Source of the DNA: Dolichospermum flos-aquae CCAP 1403/13F
Lineage (GTDB): Bacteria > Cyanobacteriota > Cyanobacteriia > Cyanobacteriales > Nostocaceae
DNA length: 40,000 bases
Assembly (NCBI RefSeq): GCF_012516395.1
Contig: NZ_CP051206.1
Location: 4,243,334 to 4,283,333, forward strand
Direction: 5' to 3'
Part shown: positions 26,301 to 31,340 of the stretch, in pieces
Position numbering within the stretch: position 1 is the stretch's first letter
Layout: every line of letters starts with the position of its first letter
Position numbers and translations under genes: made by a program
Notes under the pieces: generated by a model
Told to the model about the DNA's origin: nothing
The model's input: the letters and a program-made list of their open reading frames with translations, nothing else
Database searches by the model: none

Positions 26301-28719
26301 TTTAGGACAAGGTGTGGAAGAACTGGCAGAAAAAATTAAAATTTATCGTCAGGCCTGGCAACAACAAGGACATCCGGGTAATGGTCATATTACTTTGATG
26401 CTACATACCTTTGTTGGCGATGACGAAGACACAGTGCGGGAACAGGTACGTATTCCCCTGTATAATTATTTAGAGCAATCTATGGAACTAATTCAAAAGA
26501 TGCTCAAAGGAACTCAATTTGAGGCGCAGCTTGATGAATTTGCCCCAGAGGATCGAAAGACTTTGCTATCCCATGCCTTTGAGCGTTATTTTGCCACCAG
26601 TGGACTATTAGGAACTCCTGCCAAATGTTTGACGATGATTGACAATCTTAAAGCCATTGGTGTTGATGAAGTGGGATGTTTAATTGATTTTGGCGTAGAT
26701 GTTAATTCGGCCTTATCTAGTTTAGAAAAGCTCAATCAAGTCAAAAAACTGAGTAATAGTGGTGTTAATCCTGAAGATTATGGTATTTTGAACCAAATTC
26801 AGCGCTATCAAGTATCCCATCTTCAATGTACTCCTTCTTTAGCCAGAATGATGACGTTGATGCCCAATGGTATTGAGAGCTTGAGTTGTTTACAATATTT
26901 AATGTTGGGTGGAGAAGCGTTACCACCAACTTTAGTTAAACAGTTGGGAACATCTATCAATGCCCATATTTACAATATGTATGGACCAACTGAAGCGACT
27001 ATTTGGTCATCTACGGCAATTGTGAATCACAATGATCCGAAAACCAGTATTACCATTGGTAAACCCATAGCCAATACTCAGATTTATATTTTGGATCAAT
27101 GGTTAAATCCTCTGCCTGTGGGAGTTCCAGGAGAGTTATATATTGGAGGCAGGGGTTTAGCTAGGGGATACTTAAACCGTCCTGAGTTGACAGCAAAGCA
27201 ATTTATACAGAATCCTTTTGAGAGCGATAGGCAAGCTCGTCTTTATAAAACAGGTGATTTAGCCCGATATTTAGCTGATGGAAATATAGAATTTTTGGGG
27301 CGTGTTGACTATCAAGTTAAGCTGCGAGGATTCCGCATTGAATTAGGGGAAATTGAAGCGGTACTGAGTCAACATCCCCAGGTTCAGCAAGCGGTGGTCG
27401 TCCTAGACGGAACAGAGGAAAATCAGCGCCTTGTGGGTTACATTGTTCCCCATTCCCCATTGTCTTCACCCACTCCCCATGAGTTATCTCAATTCCTCCT
27501 CAAGACCCTACCTGATTACATGATGCCGAGTATTTTTGTCTCACTTGAGCAAATGCCCTTAACCCCCAATGGCAAAATTAACCGTCGGGCGTTACCAGCA
27601 CCATCGGCTCAAAGTCCGTCATTAAAGTATATTCCTCCTCGTACTCCTGTAGAAAGACAATTAACTCAAATTTGGTCTGAGGTTTTACATCTGGACTGGA
27701 TTGGTATTCGTGATAATTTCTTTGAACTAGGTGGACGCTCCCTACTGGCAGTACAATTGATGTCACGGGTGCAAAAGGTATTTGGTCAACAATTACCCCT
27801 GGCTACCCTCTTCCAAGCCCCAACCATAGAGAATTTAGCCCGGCAATTAGTTCGCTCAGATAGTACCCAGCAATCATCTTGCTTAATACCCATTCAACCC
27901 CAAGGCTCAAAATTGCCCCTATTTTTTATTCCAGGGTCAGGGGGTAGTGTGGTACAATTCTATGAACTCTCTCGTTGTTTGGGGTTAGAGCAGCCTTTCT
28001 ATGGCTTACAGGCTCAAGAATTAGATGATCAATCTCAACCTTTAAGTCGGGTTGAGGATATGGCCATTAGGTATCTTGAAGCTATTCGATCTGTCCAACC
28101 CCAAGGTCCTTATATTTTGGGTGGTCATTCCTTGGGGGGTAAGGTGGCTTTTGAAATCGCCCGACAACTGTTAGCGCAAGGACAAGAAATTAAATTCTTG
28201 GCCATTGTTGATGCTACTGCTCCTGTGCCTATTCAGCAAGTTTTCACCCCTGGGGATTGGCATGATGCTGAGTGGTTAAATGCGATCGCCTCTGGAGCAG
28301 CAGAAGCCTTGGGAATCACCTTGGATATCTCCTCTGAAATGTTAAATGGTTTATCTCCAAAAGAGCAGTTTAGCCACGTGGAAAATCAGTTTGTCCAAAA
28401 TGGTATTTTAGCACCTGAAGACAGTGAAACCCAGTTAAAAAAATTGATTGAACTGACGAAAATTCAACATACAAGTGCTGTAAATTATCAATGTTCAGAA
28501 CGGTTGGCTTTGCCAATTACACTCTTTAAGTCTGCTGAACGAGTAAATAATTCTATCATCTTTGCAGGTAATTCACTGCTAAATGAACCTACCCTGGGTT
28601 GGGATCAATTTTCCACCGAACCTGTGGTCTGTCATCTGATTCCGGGAAGTCATTATTCCATCATGGCTAATCCTCATGTCAAGGAATTAGCAGCACATTT
28701 ACAAGGCTACTTAAATTAA
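20392..28719 (+). CDS. NRPS: C-A-PCP-C-A(LLM inserted)-PCP-TE
   Basis: 2775-aa ORF. Motifs are listed in the domain features. A terminal thioesterase marks the end of the assembly line. Confidence 0.9.
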   Translation: MTDNTLLSTASETFVFPLSFSQERLWFLNQLEGANATYNMSAAIRLSGKINIQVLEKAINEILQRHEVLRTSFQILDSQTVQVISTDVDFTLHCINLEDLPATEREINVQKWMKKEAITPFDLSQSPLIRATLLQTDIQEYVLLVTMHHIISDAWSVGIVIRELSIIYRAFIESQPHALPELDIQYADFSQWQREWLQGDRLDKQLTYWKNYLAGVSPFLKLPTDHPRPPIQTFSGQNQRFAIGADLSIALKQLAQENGCTLFMVLFAAYATLLHRYSNQEDVVVGTSVANRSQPELETLIGFFVNTLVLRAKFEQNLTFLELLQQVKQGALESYTHQDLPFEQIVEALQPERNLSHSPIFQVWFVLQNTPTETLQLPDVTLTPLLSETQVAKFDLALSMSETKSGLTGMWQYNTDLFDADTIARMVGNFQVLLEAIATQPQEKINLLPLLTTQEQQLLNNWNHTAAPYPQDVCIHQIFEKQVMLTPDAVAVVYGEQQLTYQQLNDRANQLAHHLQSIGVGAEVLVGLCVHRSLEMIVGLLAILKAGGAYVPLDPNYPEERLAYILKDAAVSVLLIPESLEENLPPSYALVVYLDSDWQEIATQSCENPVPTVQPHNLAYVIYTSGSTGQPKGVLVTHQGIGNLALAQQNLFKVESDSRVLQFAAFGFDASVSEIFMALVSGAQLVLAPSQQIMPGVDLQRTIAHHGITHITLPPSALAILPPEQIPTLKQVIVAGEACPEPLARIWSQGRHFFNAYGPSEATVCATVAEVCFPAADNTNAVVPIGRAIANTQIYILDNALQLVPVGVPGEIYIGGVGIARGYSHQPQLTAAKFIENPFQAGRLYKTGDLARYLPDGNIEFLGRLDRQVKIRGFRIELSEIEAHLSQHPQIQETTVITREDPSGNQRLIAYLVSKDNTLTTSELRQFLKNRLPDYMVPNIFVMLDVMPLTPNGKIDHRSLPSPEQDLIEENNFVAPRTPTEQQIADIFAAVLKIEQVGIYNNFFELGGHSLLATQIISRFRETFQIELPLETIFKSPNVADLDVIIQEWLNNNSGTDSPLNQPLPPVVALPRDSSLPLSWGQERLWFLDQLEGSRVAYNIPMAIQLQGDLNIQALERAFQEIVHRHEILRTHFATVDGQPIQVIATASNFGLIQDSLKISSGDKLAIEIKQRLIQEAQTPFDLTQSPLIRALLLHTGENNYILLVTIHHIVSDGWSIRVMVNELSRLYTAFVQGLPSPLPPLTIQYADFVQWQRQWLQGDILERQLTYWKTYLLGAPPVLELPTDYPRAGVQTFRGSQQSFQLSGELIHQLKQLTQTTDTTLFMVLCSTFLILLNRYSGQDDMIVGTVMANRNRTEIEPLIGLFVNTLVLRTQFGEDATFIDILRQVQQGTLGGYAHQDVPFEKIVEVLQPERNLSHSPLFQVMFSLQNAASTSLDLPDVVSTPLKSEILTAKFDVTVSMVETESGLSGFWEYNTDLFKPETIAGMIGHFQILLAEIVTNAQECVSKLPLLTPQETHQLLVSWNHTEVDYNPDHCLHQQFEQQVERTPEAIALICQNQELTYRELNHRANQLAHYLQRQGIRPEMLVGICVERSLEMMVGLLGILKAGAAYIPLDPQYPPERLAFILSDSQLPLLLTQERLQGNLPSHGAKVICLDTDWADIAQENHTNLGTSVKGENLAYLIYTSGSTGQPKGVMIEHRQVANFFVGMDQRLGTQSSSHSTKTWLAVTTISFDISILELFWTLARGFKVVIQPEPEKTIAATVPATRIPEKTMEFSLFYFANDNDTGNDQRENRYKLLIEGAKFADGHGFTAVWTPERHFHEFGGIYPNPAVASAAIAAVTKQVKIRAGSVVLPLHQEIRVAEEWAFVDNLSHGRVGISFASGWQPNDFVLSPDNYQRRKSLLVEQIETVRKLWRGESITLKNGNGIPTEVRTFPKPIQAELPSWLTAAGNPETFRLAGELGLNVLTHLLGQGVEELAEKIKIYRQAWQQQGHPGNGHITLMLHTFVGDDEDTVREQVRIPLYNYLEQSMELIQKMLKGTQFEAQLDEFAPEDRKTLLSHAFERYFATSGLLGTPAKCLTMIDNLKAIGVDEVGCLIDFGVDVNSALSSLEKLNQVKKLSNSGVNPEDYGILNQIQRYQVSHLQCTPSLARMMTLMPNGIESLSCLQYLMLGGEALPPTLVKQLGTSINAHIYNMYGPTEATIWSSTAIVNHNDPKTSITIGKPIANTQIYILDQWLNPLPVGVPGELYIGGRGLARGYLNRPELTAKQFIQNPFESDRQARLYKTGDLARYLADGNIEFLGRVDYQVKLRGFRIELGEIEAVLSQHPQVQQAVVVLDGTEENQRLVGYIVPHSPLSSPTPHELSQFLLKTLPDYMMPSIFVSLEQMPLTPNGKINRRALPAPSAQSPSLKYIPPRTPVERQLTQIWSEVLHLDWIGIRDNFFELGGRSLLAVQLMSRVQKVFGQQLPLATLFQAPTIENLARQLVRSDSTQQSSCLIPIQPQGSKLPLFFIPGSGGSVVQFYELSRCLGLEQPFYGLQAQELDDQSQPLSRVEDMAIRYLEAIRSVQPQGPYILGGHSLGGKVAFEIARQLLAQGQEIKFLAIVDATAPVPIQQVFTPGDWHDAEWLNAIASGAAEALGITLDISSEMLNGLSPKEQFSHVENQFVQNGILAPEDSETQLKKLIELTKIQHTSAVNYQCSERLALPITLFKSAERVNNSIIFAGNSLLNEPTLGWDQFSTEPVVCHLIPGSHYSIMANPHVKELAAHLQGYLN
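20437..21770 (+). other. C domain 3 (HHxxxDA variant)
   Basis: FPLSFSQERLWFLNQLE, RHEVLRTSF, MHHIISDAWS (20830-20859; Gly of HHxxxDG is Ala, codon 20851-20853). Confidence 0.85.
21815..23280 (+). other. A domain 3, hand-extracted code DASTIAAVCK (Tyr-type)
   Basis: LTYQQLN, VIYTSGSTGQPKGV, FGFDASVSE, ITLPPS, VIVAGEA, NAYGPSEATVCA, YKTGDLARY, KIRGFRIELSE, NGKIDH. From memory, one canonical Tyr code is DASTVAAVCK (one conservative difference). Confidence 0.6.
23310..23540 (+). other. PCP domain 3
   Basis: FFELGGHSLLATQIISRF, Ser codon 23419-23421. Confidence 0.9.
23617..24950 (+). other. C domain 4
   Basis: LPLSWGQERLWFLDQLE, RHEILRTHF, IHHIVSDGWS, IQYADFVQWQR. Confidence 0.85.
24997..27600 (+). 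other. A domain 4, interrupted by LLM-3; hand-extracted code DILQMGMIWK (Gly-type)
   Basis: N-part: LTYRELN, LIYTSGSTGQPKGV, ISFDISILE (A4). C-part after the insert: HLQCTPS, LMLGGEA, NMYGPTEATIWS (A5), GELYIGG, YKTGDLARY, KLRGFRIELGE, NGKINR. From memory, the canonical Gly code is DILQLGLIWK. Confidence 0.75.
25711..26760 (+). other. LLM-3: luciferase-like monooxygenase domain inserted between A4 and A5 cores
   Basis: MEFSLFYFANDND...FADGHGFTAVWTPERHFHEFGGIYPNPAV...RAGSVVLPLHQEIRVAEEWAFVDNLSHGRVGISFASGWQPNDF...LHTFVG...IGVDEVGCLIDFG. Confidence 0.85.
27630..27850 (+). other. PCP domain 4 (GGRSL variant)
   Basis: FFELGGRSLLAVQLMSRV, Ser codon 27739-27741. Confidence 0.85.
27913..28716 (+). 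other. Thioesterase (TE) domain
   Basis: LFFIPGSGGS, GGHSLGG (Ser codon 28129-28131), VDA, IPGSHYSIM. Confidence 0.85.
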
Positions 28720-28741
28720 ATTTTTCTTAAGGAGAAAATTC

Positions 28742-30337
28742 ATGTCAGATGAAAAGTTTTACCTCAAACAAAATGTGGTTTTAGAACCGTTAGTTAATCA
28801 GTGGCACGCTTGGTCTTATTTGATAGCTCCAGCTACGGCAGCTATGTATATTCTCAATTCCCATTTAAAGATTATGCAGTCTTTTGTGTCTGCCCCAAAA
28901 GTGCATATTTCCGCCCTCAAATCACCAAAGATGATGGCGGGACCTTTTGTTAATCATGATGAAAGTGCTGCTAGTGATATTAAGGATTTGATTGAATACT
29001 TGAGGACAAAACAAGCACATATGTTAGAGCTTGCTGAAGCTATTAAAATCCTGAATGAATATCTAGAGACAGAAGCTAGTGGTTTTTCTTTAGAAGAAAT
29101 ATATGCAAAAATTCCTCAGTCTCTTCAGGGATTTGTTGAACTTAATTATGATTTAAATAATCATCCAGCGATGCGTTTAATGGAGGGGCTTTTGTACCAC
29201 AGTGTTTATTGTAATCAGGTTTCCCAAAGTATTGCAATGTATGTTGTTGAACAGGATCAACGACCTTTTATTTTTAGCACGCCTAGATTAAAGCAAGCTG
29301 ATAATTTACATCTGCATATCCCATTCAAACATCAGATTTTAGATCAACTATCGAAAATGAAATATGTTCCTGGTGATTTGCAAGAAATTAAAGAGAAATT
29401 AGATATTGATGATCAAGATGAAACACTATTTGTAAGTTTCTTTACACAAGAGCCTCCCCATCAGCAACCCCGTCAATTTGATCAAGATGGTGTCAGAGTC
29501 CGTTATTTTGGCCATGCTTGTCTGTTGATAGAATCAAAAGATGTGAATATCCTCTGCGATCCACTTATCAGTTATAATTACCCCAATGCCAGCGATCGCT
29601 ATACCTACGCTGATTTACCTCCCATTATTGACTACATTGTGATTACTCACCACCATCATGATCACTGTGTAATTGAAACATTATTACAGCTAAGACATCG
29701 GGTGAAAACTGTGATTGTTCCTAAAAATAATGGCGGAAGTCTGGCTGATCCTGCCATGAAACTTATTTTACAGAGTATTGGTTTTAAGGATGTGAGAGAA
29801 ATTGATGAAATGGAAGAGATAGATATTACAGGGGGTAGCATTACTGGGTTGCCATTTTTGGGTGAACATGGAGATTTAAATATTAGAAGTAAAATCGCTT
29901 ATTTAATCACTTTGTTAGGTCGCTCAGTCATGGTTTCAGCGGACTCTAGAATTCGTGATCCTCATGTTTGTAAAAATATATGCAATTCAGTTAATAAGAT
30001 TGATGCTTTATTTTTAGGACTACAATCTGATGGAGCACCTTTGAGTTGGGCTTATGGTTCATTATTATGTAAACCTTTAAGTCGCAAAATGGATAATGAT
30101 AGACAAGTGGGAGGAGCTAACTTTGAAATTGCCAGTAGTATGGTTGAACAGTTGAAACCTAACTCTATGTATGTCTATGCAATGGGCTATGAACCTTGGT
30201 TAAGTTATATGATGGTTCCTGATTTTGACGGACCTATGGCAGAGTCGAAGAAGTTAATTGACGAATGTAATAGCAAGGGAATTTTTTCAGAACAATTGTT
30301 TGGTTACAAGGAAATTTTGTGTCGGCTCAATAAGTAG
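28742..30337 (+). CDS. CmlA-like beta-hydroxylase (N-terminal accessory domain + metallo-beta-lactamase-fold, probable di-iron oxygenase)
   Basis: 531-aa ORF, 22 nt after the NRPS stop, with AAGGAGA RBS (28729-28735). C-terminal half has MBL motif ITHHHHDH (HxHxDH, aa 303-308) followed by LGEHGD (E375) and SADS (D401). It has a ~250-aa N-terminal domain without MBL motifs. Length and two-domain layout match my recollection of CmlA, the carrier-protein-dependent di-iron beta-hydroxylase of chloramphenicol biosynthesis. Confidence 0.6.
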   Translation: MSDEKFYLKQNVVLEPLVNQWHAWSYLIAPATAAMYILNSHLKIMQSFVSAPKVHISALKSPKMMAGPFVNHDESAASDIKDLIEYLRTKQAHMLELAEAIKILNEYLETEASGFSLEEIYAKIPQSLQGFVELNYDLNNHPAMRLMEGLLYHSVYCNQVSQSIAMYVVEQDQRPFIFSTPRLKQADNLHLHIPFKHQILDQLSKMKYVPGDLQEIKEKLDIDDQDETLFVSFFTQEPPHQQPRQFDQDGVRVRYFGHACLLIESKDVNILCDPLISYNYPNASDRYTYADLPPIIDYIVITHHHHDHCVIETLLQLRHRVKTVIVPKNNGGSLADPAMKLILQSIGFKDVREIDEMEEIDITGGSITGLPFLGEHGDLNIRSKIAYLITLLGRSVMVSADSRIRDPHVCKNICNSVNKIDALFLGLQSDGAPLSWAYGSLLCKPLSRKMDNDRQVGGANFEIASSMVEQLKPNSMYVYAMGYEPWLSYMMVPDFDGPMAESKKLIDECNSKGIFSEQLFGYKEILCRLNK

Positions 30338-30703
30338 GTGTTACGGTTCGCAAACATAAACACTCCGGCTTGCAAACAAGACAATTTTTGGCTCAAATTA
30401 ATTGCAAATAAGATTGCACTTGGCATCACCGTGCCACTGGAGTTTAGACTAAGGCATGACAAAATGACCCAGAAGGACTGAGTTGACAAATTACATAGCT
30501 CAAACTAGAAAAACTAAGAGGTTAGGCTGATTTAGGTTGTTCCTTCTTTGGTCTAGGAGTAGTTTTTTTGACTGTAGGGTAGCGAATTCTGCGTAAGCGG
30601 ATTCTCCCAGTAGGGCCAGCCAGGAGACTTTCCACGGGGTTTGGGGGTTTCAGCCGGTGTACCAATCAGGGTTAGCGCATCTCAAACGCTATTGACAGAA
30701 GAA

Positions 30704-31168
30704 TTACAGTAGAGGAGAATAGTTTGCTATGGATGCTGCTAACACAGAAACCATGTATTGATCATTCATGGCAGCTCGTCGTGATTTTTGTCGAATACTG
30801 CGACGAAAAGTTGGTTCTCTGTCTAAGGCATTGAGGGCAATACGACGTAGTAAGGCAAAGTTTTGTGGACTGTGCATGGAACGAATTCGACATTCATCTT
30901 CATGGAAAGTGACATCCAATGTCCAATGAACAGAGTTTTCAATCCCCCAATGCTGTCGAATTGCACTACCAATTTTGTTAGCATCACTATCAAGACTAGT
31001 AATATAAAATTGAATTTCATGGGTAGTTTTATTCCAATGCTGAACCTTACGAACTACCATGACTACTGTTGTTAATCCTGCCCATTGGTTTTGTTCATAA
31101 AGTGCTGGTAATTGTGAAATTGGAACAGTATAAACTGTCCGATTTTCGATGCGGTGATGTCCTTCCTT
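30704..31168 (-). pseudogene. ISAs1-family transposase, 5'-truncated remnant (C-terminal ~150 aa only)
   Basis: Minus-strand reading ...KEGHHRIENRTVYTVPISQLPALYEQNQWAGLTTVVMVVRKVQHWNKTTHEIQFYITSL...IRQHWGIENSVHWTLDVTFHEDECRIR...FALLRRIALNAL. The GH.RIE.R and HWGIEN..HW.LDV.F.ED motifs are typical of ISAs1/H-repeat transposases. The frame continues upstream of the ORF-track Met without a start and runs into the 9-bp repeat array. The N-terminal ~250 aa are absent. Confidence 0.75.
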
Positions 31169-31340
31169 ACTTCCCCTACTTCCCCTACTTCCCCTACTTC
31201 CCCTACCTCCCCTACCTCCCCTACCTCCCCTACCTCCCCTACCTCCCCTACCTACTCCCTGCCTCCCCTACCTCCCCTACCTCCCCTACCTACTCCCTGC
31301 CTCCCCTACCTCCCCTACCTCCCCTACCTACTCCCTGCCT
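31163..31340. repeat. 9-bp tandem repeat array with 38-bp higher-order period
   Basis: TTCCCCTAC x4 (31171-31206), CTCCCCTAC x5 (31207-31251), then CTACTCCCTGC + (CTCCCCTAC)x3 with landmark ...CTACTCCCTGCCT ending at 31264, 31302 and 31340 (period 38). Confidence 0.9.

Noticed and set aside
288-27766. About 20 short ORFs (60-158 aa) antisense to or out of frame within the megasynthase genes (for example 288-473, 3365-3700, 9981-10355, 11141-11617, 23525-23836)
   Set aside because: All are fully embedded in long ORFs that carry unambiguous PKS/NRPS motifs. Their translations are low-complexity or motif-free. Such ORFs are expected by chance in 8-13 kb genes.
30338-30703. tRNA, small RNA, IS terminal inverted repeat or gene remnant in the 366-bp gap after the hydroxylase gene, including the 61-aa ORF 30304-30489
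   Set aside because: I could not fold a cloverleaf or find a terminal repeat matching anything else in the window. Translations in all frames are short and motif-free. The 61-aa ORF overlaps the hydroxylase 3' end antisense.
31163-31340. Possible CRISPR array
   Set aside because: The units are 9 bp, directly abutting, with no unique spacers. The 38-bp superperiod is made of the same nonamers. No cas genes are in the window.
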